Below the pieces are notes generated by a model. The model saw only the letters and a list, made by a program, of their open reading frames with translations. It made no database searches and was not told the DNA's origin. Shown here piece after piece: positions 17,512 to 29,800 of a stretch of 64,000 bases of DNA (the first letter of the stretch is position 1; the number at the start of each line of letters is the position of its first letter). This DNA is from Sedimentisphaerales bacterium. Lineage in GTDB: Bacteria > Planctomycetota > Phycisphaerae > Sedimentisphaerales > SM23-30. The stretch is taken from positions 96,001-160,000 of the forward strand of contig CAXXFK010000032.1 of assembly GCA_963663965.2 (NCBI GenBank), written 5' to 3'. The position numbers were made by a program, and so were the translations under genes.

Positions 17512-19347
17512 CTATTCGGTCAGTTCTAACAAAGCCAGCTGCTTCAGCGTCAGAAAATCCTCATCGGTCGGCAACACCTTATCCGGATCATGCAAACAAT
17601 AATAATACCCCAGGGCCGCGTACTGGATCGCCAGTTCCTTCTCCTGCCGTCCCTGGTGATACCGGACTTTGTCCAGGTAATAACGTTGACGGGGTTCAAA
17701 GTAATCCATACACCAATTGACCACCTTTTCCACAACTTCCTCTTTAATTTTCCTTTCAACATCCAGCATCGTCTCTTTCTCCTCTAATGGGTCTTCTTTG
17801 ATTCCCGCCACTTCAACCGCATCCTGATAGGTATCATCTATTTTGCATGGGGCTTTGAACTCCTCGCTTGCTACTACCCGGTCTTCCTCAGCTGAATACA
17901 AACGGGGGATTACTATTATCAATCCTTCCAGATGCTTCTCTCCCGCCTGATATTTTATTGTTTCAAACCGTTCTTTCTTTTTGCTCTTTTCAGGAATATA
18001 CGGCCATCTGGTCTGATCGGCCCCATGGGTTGCCAGCATCAGATCATATTGGGGATTGGGCTCTTCATCGACTAACTTGACGACGGCCGTTTTGTCGACA
18101 ACTTTACTATTATCGCTGGTTACAAAATTCGTTACATTCCCAAAAATGGCATATTGATGATTCAGTAAAACCACCGTTTTAACTAATCCGTTCTGATTGA
18201 TATCAAATCTCGGCTTGGTCGGCTCATCAATATGAACTCCATAGGGCAAACGCTTTGTCAGGCGGGCGATAATGGAGGCAGTGATTTCCTTGCCGATATC
18301 CGATTTATCTTTGGGTGATTCAAAGTCCGCGACCCCGATTTTCACCTTCAGCAATTCTTGCATCCGGTCTTCACAAGCCACTTTAAGTTGATCGATTTCT
18401 GCGTCTTTCGAATTGATCAGATCCGCTTTGGCCGACGCGACATAAGCCAGATAATCATGAGCTTGCGCCTGTTCCTTATAGCCCAGATTTTTATAATATT
18501 CCGCCCCGTCCTTTTGTATCCGCGCGTACAGATCATCGCAATTGCCCACCTTCACCTGATGGAACAACACATAAGCGCTGTAATACTGCTTATTCTTCAG
18601 GTAGGCCTCCAGTTTGGCTCGCACCGCCTTTTCCGTCATCGCCTTTACCTTGTTCACGATGGGATCGGCGACTGTTTTCACCGGGACCGGATCTTCCGCC
18701 AGCCACTTCCCAAGGGTCTCCTGCGCCAGCGCGTATTGTGCATTATCACAATTCGACTGAATCGTTTGCATATAATGCTGATCCCTGGCCTGAATAATTC
18801 CGGTGCGTTGCTGAACCAGGCCCTGATTCTCTGTATCGATGGCTATCGCCTGGGCAATCGCCGCGTAGCCGGCCTGCCAGTTGCCTTCCGCTTTCATGGT
18901 CTGCGCCACCGTCACATACTGGTCGCGCGCCTCTTTCAGCTTAACCAGCTGACTTTCATACCGCGACAATACTGCCGCGATTTCTGCCTTGCCATTATCG
19001 TAACGAGCTTTGGTTTTCAACAGGGTAATCGCGTTCTGATGTTCCACCAGGGTTTTGCCATCTTTCATCAACCGTTCCGCCTGGGCGACGGTCGCGCCGG
19101 TAATTTTGTCCTTTATCAAATCGATCTGCAATTGGACCTTCGCTTTCTCCGCTTCGCCCGAAAACGGTGCGCCCTGAACTTCATTCAAGCAGATCGTCAG
19201 CGAGTCCACCGCCTTCTCCCATTCTTCCGCCTGGACAAACGCCTCGCCATCCAGACAGGACTGGGGCTTCTGACATCCGGTCGAAAAACTGAAAACGACC
19301 AGTCCCGCTGCCAATAAAACCAACTGCCATCGATTACGATTTTTCAT
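17512..19347 (-). CDS. TPR-like lipoprotein with C-terminal alpha/beta (CsgG-like) region
   Basis: Lipobox FSTGC; TPR-like helices; KIGVADFES strand; paralog of 1..1626. Confidence 0.8.
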   Translation of the reverse strand: MKNRNRWQLVLLAAGLVVFSFSTGCQKPQSCLDGEAFVQAEEWEKAVDSLTICLNEVQGAPFSGEAEKAKVQLQIDLIKDKITGATVAQAERLMKDGKTLVEHQNAITLLKTKARYDNGKAEIAAVLSRYESQLVKLKEARDQYVTVAQTMKAEGNWQAGYAAIAQAIAIDTENQGLVQQRTGIIQARDQHYMQTIQSNCDNAQYALAQETLGKWLAEDPVPVKTVADPIVNKVKAMTEKAVRAKLEAYLKNKQYYSAYVLFHQVKVGNCDDLYARIQKDGAEYYKNLGYKEQAQAHDYLAYVASAKADLINSKDAEIDQLKVACEDRMQELLKVKIGVADFESPKDKSDIGKEITASIIARLTKRLPYGVHIDEPTKPRFDINQNGLVKTVVLLNHQYAIFGNVTNFVTSDNSKVVDKTAVVKLVDEEPNPQYDLMLATHGADQTRWPYIPEKSKKKERFETIKYQAGEKHLEGLIIVIPRLYSAEEDRVVASEEFKAPCKIDDTYQDAVEVAGIKEDPLEEKETMLDVERKIKEEVVEKVVNWCMDYFEPRQRYYLDKVRYHQGRQEKELAIQYAALGYYYCLHDPDKVLPTDEDFLTLKQLALLELTE

Positions 19348-19635
19348 AAATAAACCTCTCAATCATAGTATTTTCCTTGGAATCAAAAACTGTCTTATTG
19401 ATTATTGTCATTTTATTCAGAAACAATCTTACTGTTTCAATCAACGTCAAAATCAAGCCTCTGAGTCTTCTTAACGCTTATCCATCCCGATCGATCGGGA
19501 TTCGTGGTTCACTTCCTGGGTGTTTTCTGAGTGGCTTCGCTTTGTGTGAGATATTTTCTTATCGGGTGGCGGCTTGACCGCCCTGAGCTCATTCGTAGTT
19601 CTGCTATAACAACTGCTTACCGGCGTTCCTCCGCG

Positions 19636-21546
19636 TCATTCCATCTCCCTCTGACAATCCACCACCAGCACCACCCGAAATCCAAGATTGTCACTGCTGC
19701 CTTTTGCCGGCACCCCCCGCCGGGCCGCCGACCGGCACAAAAATGGCATATCGCGCCAGGAACCGCCTCGCACCACCCTGGTCGTCCCCTGCGTATTGAG
19801 CGGATCGACAGCGGTCGCGTCGCTGTAATTCCCAAAGGAATCTTCACACCATTCCGCCACATTTCCGTGCATATCGTACAGCTGCCAGCGGTTCGGTTTC
19901 AACGCCCCCACCAGACCCGGCGATTTGACTTTAAGGGGATAGCTGCACCGGCAGATCTGATGCACGCCGCTCATATTGTCATTCCCGTTATTATAGGCCG
20001 TATATCTCACCTTTTCATTGGGCTTCTCTATGGTGGCCCGGCACGCATATTCCCACTCTGCCTCGGTGGGCAATCGATAAGTCCGACCTTCCACCAGCGA
20101 CAGCTTGCTGCAAAAGGTTTTCGCCTGATCCCAGGTAATATCTACGATCGGAAAATTGGGGTCCAATTGTTTATAGGTGCTGGGGTTCGTCTCCATCAAA
20201 CGTTCCCACTGCCCCTGGGTTACCTCACAGGCGCCGATGAAAAACGATTTCGTCAGGATAACTTTATGACGGGGCCGCTCACTCTCATCATGCCCTTCCT
20301 CATTGCTGTCACTGCCTTGTAGAAAGGTCCCCGGCTGAACGTGAACCAGCTTCATCCCGATCGAATTCACATAAGTCGGCATCGAACAGATATCAAACAT
20401 AAGCGCTCGCAATTCCGCTGTCTTTTGAATCGCCCGCTCTCTTTGCTCGTTATATGGCGTTAATCGGTCCGGTTCCGCCGGCAAGGATTTCATTTTCGCG
20501 TTTAACTCACCGATCGCTTCTTCCTGAACGGCCAGAGCCAGTTCCAAATCGTTAACCGGCTGCCAGTCTGGCCGGCGGTCCATCTCAACTTCGATCTCGT
20601 CCAGACGCTGCGCTATCGCACCCAGATGACTTAAGACCGTATCCCACGGATCCCGGTTGGCAAGAATCATCTGACCGCTCGTATACCCCCGCAAGATCGG
20701 GGTCTGTTCTTTGCCATTTGCCAGACACCAATTGGCGACCCCTTCGACCACATAGCCAAACAATTCATGGACTGTCACCTTGTGATCCTTATTGCCGTCC
20801 ACCTCCATATCCGCCATTCCCGCCAACCCCTTGATCAACTCCGCCGTAAACACTCCCAGCTTTTCGGCATCATTCTCGTAGGATAACTGGCTGGCATCAC
20901 AACTGCTCATGGTCAGAAAACCGGCCTTATCGAAATTACGGCTGATATTATCCGCCGCGCTGGAACTGGCATCGGCATCCTTGCCCCCGCTGTGACAGGC
21001 ATCCAGGATTAACAGCCGCTGCTTGGCCGCACTGGTCTCCAGTAACTCTTTGACCAGCGACATGGCGATCATCTTAGTCGTGTCTTTGCCATCCGCCGCA
21101 GTATCCAGGGGTAACAGATAACCGGTATTGGTCCCATGCCCGGAATAATAGACAATCAGCAAATCATCCTTTTTCACCTTCCCGGTTATGGCAGTCAGTC
21201 GGTCCCGGATATTTGATGTTATCGGACTATTTACCCCCTCCGAATCGTCCGTCATCACAAAAACATGATCCGATTTAAATCCGACGGTTTTCAAACACTC
21301 AGCGAAATGGGTGGCATCGTTGCAGGCATATTGTAACTCAGGCACTTTCCAATTCTTATAATTCAATCCAATCACAATCGCCCAGCGATCCCCGATCGCA
21401 CCGCCATTATTATCCGGGGGCACAATCTCAAACTGCTTACCGGCTGGCGACACTCCGGACTCTTGCGCCCACACAACCAGACCTGACATCAGCACAAACA
21501 AACTGATCCACACCTTAACGGTTCTCATTTTAATCGATCCAGCCAC
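19636..21546 (-). CDS. Secreted caspase-like (peptidase C14) protein with C-terminal FGE-sulfatase-like domain
   Basis: Signal peptide; RWAIVIG, YSGHG, LDACHSG; LPTEAEWEYACRA, LYDMHGNVAEWC, RGGSW, LGFRVV. Confidence 0.92.
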   Translation of the reverse strand: MAGSIKMRTVKVWISLFVLMSGLVVWAQESGVSPAGKQFEIVPPDNNGGAIGDRWAIVIGLNYKNWKVPELQYACNDATHFAECLKTVGFKSDHVFVMTDDSEGVNSPITSNIRDRLTAITGKVKKDDLLIVYYSGHGTNTGYLLPLDTAADGKDTTKMIAMSLVKELLETSAAKQRLLILDACHSGGKDADASSSAADNISRNFDKAGFLTMSSCDASQLSYENDAEKLGVFTAELIKGLAGMADMEVDGNKDHKVTVHELFGYVVEGVANWCLANGKEQTPILRGYTSGQMILANRDPWDTVLSHLGAIAQRLDEIEVEMDRRPDWQPVNDLELALAVQEEAIGELNAKMKSLPAEPDRLTPYNEQRERAIQKTAELRALMFDICSMPTYVNSIGMKLVHVQPGTFLQGSDSNEEGHDESERPRHKVILTKSFFIGACEVTQGQWERLMETNPSTYKQLDPNFPIVDITWDQAKTFCSKLSLVEGRTYRLPTEAEWEYACRATIEKPNEKVRYTAYNNGNDNMSGVHQICRCSYPLKVKSPGLVGALKPNRWQLYDMHGNVAEWCEDSFGNYSDATAVDPLNTQGTTRVVRGGSWRDMPFLCRSAARRGVPAKGSSDNLGFRVVLVVDCQREME

Positions 21547-22118
21547 CAGATCACCTCATTAATATTCGAATCCAGGCTTTCATTCCTTATTGGGCTCAGG
21601 CATTTTATCCGACAGCAATAGCCCACTGTCATAGTAAATTTTATTTAATAAATGCCGGCTGCTCCTATAGGCCTCAAAATAAAATTTTATCCTAACATCC
21701 CAACGCTTAACTTGCAAGAAAATATCCAGTTTCGATTTTTACCCGGGTTGGATGCGGTTGAAATTTTGACTTGTTTAAACTGAAAATCGTGTTAAAATAG
21801 ATGAATAGTTATCGGTTTTGGCTCAAAAGTCATTGTATAGATAGTTCTTGGCCTCGGATTGGGGATCCTTTTGGCAACCCCATATCCTGGACCCGCCTTT
21901 AATATAAATATTAAATATTATTATTGTAGCACTGCTTATTATGCTAAATAATTTATCTGGCGCTCGAAAAGAGATTATTTTGATTTACTTTGTCCCCGAT
22001 AAACTGCCCGCCTTATGCTCCCCAGGTCTTCAGGTTTGTATGCGGCTACTCACACTTAATGAGTATTTCTAATAGGCGCGCTCAACTATAAAATTTCGTC
22101 TATCAGTGAGGCATAATC

Positions 22119-25100
22119 ATGATAAAGTTTAAATCTTTTGATTTGTATTGGATCATATCTGTCTGCATTGCCTTATCCTCACTCGCATCCGGAGCCATTA
22201 TCTACGTAGATGACAATGCGCCCGGTTCCAATAACGGGACCTCCTGGGCCCACGCCTATCGCTCATTACAATCGGCCCTGAATGCGGCGACTTCGGGCGC
22301 CAATATCTGGGTAGCCGCAGGGACTTACAAACCGTCCAGTAGCGATCCGGCAGTCAGCTTCACCCTGAAAAACGGGGTCAAACTCTATGGAGGTTTCGCC
22401 GGAAACGAACCGTCGAACTACAATCTCAACCATCGCGATCTCGAGAATAATGTCAGCTTATTATACGGCTTGCTGGGGAGCAATACCTACTCCTACAATA
22501 TTGTATATGCCGGCGGATTGAGTGAAGCAACCGTATTGGATGGATTTGAGATTCAGGGCAGCGTGGCTCAAGGCAGTGCCGCCGCCCAGCAGTGCGGCGG
22601 TGGCATCTACTGCAATAACAGTTCAATGGTCATATCGAACTGCCGCTTTACCTTCAATTCGGCCCTCGATAAAGGGGGCGCCATCTACGTCAACGGCAGT
22701 AACAGTCCCAAAATCAGAAATTGCCAATTCATGTTTAATACCGGCATCAACGGCGGTGGTGCGATTTATGTCTATGGGGTAAATTCCAATCTTGAGATTG
22801 TCAACTGTGAGTTCATCTTTAATATGTCCCATCGATACGGGGCCGGACTCTACCTGTATAACAGTAGCGGCACCATTGCCAACTGCGCCTTCGGGAAAAA
22901 CCGGGAATACGACGCCGGTTATCACTCTTACGGCGGCGGCATGATGGTGCACGCCTATAATAACACCTGGTTTTACAGCATGACCATTCCGGTCAATATC
23001 ATCAACTGCTCGTTCTATGGCAACAGCACCAATACCGCAGGAGGCGTGTATGCCCAGTCCGACTATGCCGGTTTTCTGGGCTCAACCTATCTCAATTTAA
23101 ATATTCTGAATAGTATCATCTATAACAATCCCGGCGGTGAAATCGCCCAGGTCCAGAATGGCGCCGGAGGAATCACCCTCAATGTGCAATGCTGTGATGT
23201 CAAGGGAGGCTATAGCGGATTGGGAAATTTCGATACCAATCCCCAATTTATCGATACCTATTCGGATGATAGCGACTATGAACTCGATTTACGCTTGAAA
23301 TACTATTCACCCTGTCTGGACCGGGGCGATAATGCCTATGTACTCTCCGGTTACAACGATACCGATCCCGATGGCCACAATCGGATACTGGATGCCAACC
23401 GTGATGGTCTGGCGGCTGTGGATATCGGCGCCTATGAATATGTCGATGGCGGTCCCAGAACCATTTTTGTCAACGCCTCGGCCGCCGGCGGCGATGGATT
23501 GAGCTGGCCCCAGGCATTTCGTTATCTCCAGGATGCCCTGGGAGCGGCCCTGCCTGGTGATACTGTCTGGATCGCCAAAGGCAGTTACCAGACAGATCGG
23601 GGCAATGGCATATCCGCCGGTGACCGAAACAGTAATTTCCTCCTGAAAAATAATGTCAAATTATACGGCGGCTTCGCCGGTTATGAAGATCCCGCCACCT
23701 TCGATCTGAACGCTCGTGATTTCACTACTAATGATACCCGGTTGCATGGCAATATCGGCTCCTCAGCGGTATCGGATAATGCCTATCATGTGCTTCAGGT
23801 TGCCGCCAACGCCCAGGCGGTGGTCGTGGACGGCTTTGAAATTGCCGGCGGTAACAGTTCCAGCGCCTCCAGTCCCGGCGACCGGGGAGGCGGTATTTTA
23901 ATCAACAGCAATGCCAGAGTCGATATTCACAACTGTATTTTTGTCTCCAACCAGGCCGACCGCGACGGAGGCGCCCTGTATAGTTATTCCGGCGCCCTGC
24001 TCGATATCCGCAACTGCGTATTCGAAAATAATTACGCCCATAATTACAGCGGCGGCGCGATCTATGTCAATACCATCAACAGCGCGTCATTAATTCTGGG
24101 CTGTATCTTCAACGATAATCAGGTCGGCGGCTCATCCTACGGTGGAGCCGCCATCACCAACGCCTCAGCCAGTTATTCAATCATTAATTGCGTATTCCTG
24201 CATAACACCGCCGGCTACCTTGGCGGCGGGATTTACAATCACATATCATCGCCAGACATCATTAATTGCACTTTCAACCTTAACCAGGCCGCCAACGGCG
24301 CATCGATCTACAATTACAATTCCTCTCCCCATATTTATAACTCCATTCTCTGGGGCAACACCGCAACCACGTCCGGTCTGGAACTGGAAAATGCCACTGG
24401 CAGTGCTCCAGTGGTCACCAGGTGTAACGTAGCCGGCGGCTATGCCGGCGAAGGCAACATCGACGCCAACCCCGGCTTCATCGGCGCCACCTACCGAATT
24501 ACCCGCAGTTCGCCCTGTGTGGATGCCGGTAACAACACCCTCATACCCGGCGACATCCTGCAGGATATCGAAGGGAATCCACGCTATATCGACGGAGACG
24601 GTGATGGCAACGCGATCATCGATATGGGAGCATTTGAAACCTCAACCCGGCTGCATCTCTTCGTTAATGACAATGCCGCCGGCAACAACGACGGCGCCAA
24701 CTGGACCGACGCCTTCACCTCGCTGGCCGACGCTCTCACCCTGGCCGAAGGCGGCGACACGGTCTGGGTAGCCGGCGGAACCTACCAGACCGATTTCATC
24801 GCCGGCGCCAATACCGGCAATAAATATCTGAGCTTTGCCATCCCCAACGGCCTCAATCTCTACGGCGGTTTCGCCGGCAATGAAGATCCGGCCGGTTTCG
24901 ACCTGTCAACACGAGATTTCGTTACCAACGAAACCATCTTAACCGGTGAAATCAACGATCTGAACAGTATCGAAGACAACGCCCTTCATGTCCTCAAAGC
25001 CGAAAACCTTTCCGCCGCAACCATGCTGGATGGCTTCACCATTACCGGCGGTTATGCCGACGACGATGAATCAGACAATCTCTGGAGTCGCGCCGAGGCG

Positions 25101-28100
25101 GTGGACTGTATTGCGCGGACTCGGCCCTGTTGATTGCCAATTGCAACTTCATCGAAAACACCGCGCTGGAAAACGGCGGCGGACTCTATTACATCGGTGA
25201 CACCATACCAACGCTGTCAAATTGCCGCTTTATTCTTAATCAGGCCCGCTGGTGAAGGCGGCGGTGCGTATTTAACCTTCCAATCCCCTCTCGCCCCGGA
25301 TATCATCAAATGTGAATTTATCGCCAACCACGCCGAAACAGCCGGCGGCGGTTTATCCCTCTTCTACAGTAACGCAAACCTGACCAACTGCCTGTTCAAA
25401 AACAACACCACCTCCGGCAACGGCGCGGGTCTCTATAACACGATCAGCTCACCAACCATTCTCAACGCCTCCTTCTATAACAACCAGGCAACCGGAACCG
25501 GCGGAGCCATATATAACGATACCTCCTCGTCCCAACCCAGCCTGCTCAATAGCATTTTCTGGGACGACAGCCCCGATGAGATCGCCGGAGCTGGCGAAGC
25601 AACCGCGCAATATTGCGACATCAAGGGCGGCTTCGACGGGCATTGGCATCATCAATAGCGATCCACAGTTCATCAGCGCCGAAAACCTGACCCTGCGCGC
25701 CGTCTCGCCCCTGTATCGATCAGGGCGTCAATGACTGGATACCCGATTCTCTCCAAACTGACCTGGCCGGCCGTCGAACGAATCCTCGACGGCAACCGCG
25801 ACAAGGTCAAAGTCCGTTGACCTGGGTGCCTACGAAAGCGATATCGTCTCATCCCTGCAACGGGAAGTATGGGTTGATGATGACTACAGCGCCGGCGGCC
25901 TCAACGATGGCCATCAATGGGGGATCGACGCCTTCGATAATATCCAGGATGGGATCAACGCGATTAATCCGGCCGATCCAACCGATTTGAATCTCTGGCC
26001 CCTGCCCGGCGTGGTCAATGTATTGCCTGGCGCCTATTACGAAAATATTCAACTGAAACGCTTTGTCCAGATTCACGGGGCCGGCGCGGACACAACGACA
26101 CTCGTCGGCCTCGGCAACAACTCAGTTATAACCGCCCAGACCGTCACAGAAACCACCATAATCCGCGGCCTGACGATCACCGGCGGCACCGGCCGCGAAA
26201 TCGATGATGGCTGGGGAACGATCACCCGCTACGGCGGCGCGGTCTTCTGTTCCAGTATCGGTTCACCGACATTCATCAACTGTGTCTTCTGCAACAACAG
26301 CGCCGATTACGGCGGCGGTATCTACACCATTTCCTCCGCGCCCAACTTTATCAACTGCACCTTCTCTGACAACAGCGCCAATGAAAAAGGAGCCGTTATC
26401 TACAGTACCCTGGGATATAAACCCACCTTCACCAACTGTATTCTCTGGGACCAGCCAACCGCCCCCGTCAAGGAAATCGAATACGACTGGTATGAAGCCG
26501 CCCCCCTCGTCACCTGTTGCGATGTCTACCTGGAAAATGCCTCCAGTTCCTATTTCGGCGCCGGCAATATCAATCAGGATCCCCAGTTCACCGACACCGG
26601 ACCGGGCGGATTCCACATAAGCAATTCATCGCCCTGTATCGATGCCGGTTATAACGGCGCCATGTTCCTGCCGGATACCGATTTCGAAGGTCAACTTCGG
26701 GTATGTGATGGCAATTTCGATCAGATCCCGGTCTGTGATATCGGTGCGGATGAATTGATACAATCGGGTTACGTACCACCTGCCCTGGTTTGGGTGGATG
26801 ATAACTGGGCCGCAACAGCCATCATCGGAGCAGACCCGGACGGTCCCGGCCCGGCCGAACGGTTTGGTTATGATTCGTTTGGCACGATCCAGGAAGCCAT
26901 CGGCGCCGTCGCTCCCGGCGGCACGGTTCGCGTTCTGGCCGGCGCTTATGATGAACGTTTATATCTGCGCTCCGGCGTTGCGGTCATCGGTGCCGGCATA
27001 GACCTCTCCATCATCGATCGCAACTACACCGATACCGGCGCCACTTTTGTCTTCACCAACGCCGACACCCGGCTGGAAGGATTCACCCTGAGCCGCTGCA
27101 AAGGATCTCTCGATGGCGGCGGGGCCATCTTTATGCTGGGCGCCGATTCCACCATCGCCAACTGCGCCCTCCGGGATAACCAGGCGGACGCTTTCGGCGG
27201 CGGCATGCGCTGCTGGTTTTCCAGCCCGCTTATCTACAATGTCGAGTTCACCCGCAACCTGACGGGATTAAACACCCAGGGCTATGGTTCCGGTCTCAGT
27301 TGCCGCGAATCAACCGCCATGGTAGTCAATTGCATCTTCACCCGAAACGAAAAAGGCGCCGGCGATCACGAACATTTCGGCGCCGCAATTTACAGCGAAC
27401 TCTCCACCTGCACCATCCTGAACGGCACATTCTACCGCAACACAGCCAATTCCGGCGGCGGCTCGGTCTATAGCGGCCTGGAATCAGACCTGACCATCAC
27501 CAACTCTATTCTCTGGCGGAATCTGCCTGATGAAATTGTCAGTTCATCGGAGAAAACTACCGTCTCATACAGCAATGTCTATCAAACTGCCGGCCTCTAT
27601 CCCGGCGACGGAAACATCAATGCCGATCCCTTGTATACCGACGCCAACAACGGCGATTTCCGGTTAAAGGTCGGGTCGCCCTGTATCGATACCGGTCTGG
27701 ATGCGGCGGTCCCGATCTGGCTCACCTGGGATTTCCAAGGGGATCAGCGCAAGTTTGATTATCCCGAAGTCCCCACCCCGGACCATGCCCAATCGGTCGA
27801 TATGGGCGCCGATGAATTGGTGATACACGCCCTTGATGTCACCACCGCCCCACTAACCGACTTAACCGACATCAGCGCCCTGGGCGGCGGTTCGGTTTCC
27901 AGCCCCGTTACGGTGGAGGTAACCGAACGGGGACTCTGCTTTAACACCATTGGCAATCCCACCATCGCCGACGAAACGGTAACTGCCGGCTCGGGTCTTG
28001 GCGATTTCACCGCCCCACTCGACACCCTCACCCCCAATACCACCTATTATGTCAAGGCCTACGCCATTCAGTCGGACCTGGTCTTCTATGGTGAATCGAT

Positions 28101-29667
28101 CACATTCAAAACACATGGCCCCCCGCTCATCACCACCGACGAAGTCACCGATATCGACGCTACCCAGGCCCTCTGCACCGCCACGATCACGGATGAAAAC
28201 GGAGCCGCCATCAGCGAACGCGGCATCTGCTGGAACCTCTCCGGCGATCCGGATATCAACGATAACATTATTTTCGACCAGACCGACACCGCCCGGTTCA
28301 GCTGCCACATAACCGGCCTCGATCCCAATACTACCTGTTATGTCCGCGGATGGGCCTCAAATGCCTGCGGAACCGGCTACGGGACCATCCTGGAATTCAC
28401 AACCTCAGAATTTCCCACTACCGTCTGGGTGGATGATGACTTCTCCCCCGACCCGGCCGACAACGACGGCCATACCTGGCAGTTTGATGCCTTCAATAAT
28501 ATCCAGCAGGCCATCAGTGCCGTCAATAAACCCGGCGGCGCCGTTCATATCAATCCGGGCGTCTATTACGAGAATATTCTTCTAACCAACGATGAATCCC
28601 TGCTTTACAACGACCTCCAGTTAATCGGCGCCGGCCCGCACAATACCATCATCGACGGCGGCTGCAACAACCCCGTTTTGACGTTACAAGCCGTATCCTC
28701 CTGCACCATCCAGGGCCTCACCCTCCGCAACGGCAGCGGCCGCAGCCTCCAGGATAACCCCGATCTCGCCGAAGAAACCTACGGCGGCGGTCTCTTCCTG
28801 GCCACCAGTTCTCCTGTTGTTCTCGACTGTATCTTCGAACAGAACTCCGCCACTGTTCACGGCGGCGCGATTTTTGGTTTCCTGGGCTCCTACCCCTTTA
28901 TCAACCGCTGCATCTTCCGGCACAACACCGCCGGACTCTATGGCGGCGCGATCTGTAATTATGCCGCCATTGTCACCGGAGATCAGGCCCCCGAAATCAG
29001 CAATTGCCTCTTTACCGACAATCAGGCCGTGTTCGGCGGCGCCATTGCCAATGATAATTCTTATTTCGTCACGATCAACTCCTGCACCTTCACCAGCAAC
29101 CATGTCGTGCCATTGCCCGGCGTCTATGAAAACAACACCGGCGGCGCGCTCTTCAATGCCGCTTCCCTGGTAAATCTCTACAACAGCATCATCTGGGCCA
29201 ACGACCCCAACCAGATCGAAAGCGCTGCCGGCAGTATCACGACCGTCCAATATTGCGATGTCCAGGGTGGCTACGGAACCACCGAAGATCACAACATCGA
29301 TCTCGATCCCCAGTTCACCAGTCTCGACTCCCTCCAGCCGGCCCCCGGCTCGCCGGTTATCGACGCCGGCAATAACGACCTGATCCCGGACAATATCACC
29401 ACCGACCTGACCGGCTACGACCGGATCGCCGACGGCAACTGTGACAATACCATCCTCACCGATATGGGCGCTTACGAACTCAACTTCGCCCGCTCCGGCG
29501 ACTGCGACGGCGACTGCGATATCGACCTGGCCGACTTCGACACCCTGTCCAACTCCTGGTACGATGACACCTGCAACGATTGCCCGGCCGATATCAACGA
29601 TGACCAATCCGTCGACCTGATAGACCTCTACATCCAGGCCGCCAATTGGCTGCTGGGAGTTCAATAA
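22119..29667 (+). CDS. Giant (~2,500 aa) secreted parallel beta-helix repeat protein with choice-of-anchor-Q-like motifs, two FN3-like domains and a C-terminal dockerin/EF-hand-like tag; six apparent indels at 25090-25815
   Basis: Signal peptide; GGAI/FxxN repeats; repeated SPCIDAG...DMGAYE; ERGxCW...PNTTYYV; terminal GDCDGDCDIDLADF...DINDDQSVDLIDL; repeat motifs continue across the frame breaks. Confidence 0.8.
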
Positions 29668-29800
29668 AATAGAGACTGAATAAAGACCGCTTAAGGATTC
29701 TGCACCCGCTGCTCATGAAAATGGGAGAGTTTACCCACACGGTTTTATCTTTTAAACCATTATGCGTCAATATCAATAATTATCACACTGGGCGTATCTT

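Noticed and set aside
19636..19780. DGR variable region in the second caspase-FGE (and in the kinase-FGE)
   Set aside because: Codons at the equivalent positions (ATG, TTG, CGG, GGG, GTG, GCA, AAA) do not fit adenine-only derivation from AAY codons.
25090..25815. Programmed frameshifting or phase variation
   Set aside because: Six breaks in ~720 bp at runs of only 2-4 bases with no slippery heptamer; sequencing error is more parsimonious.
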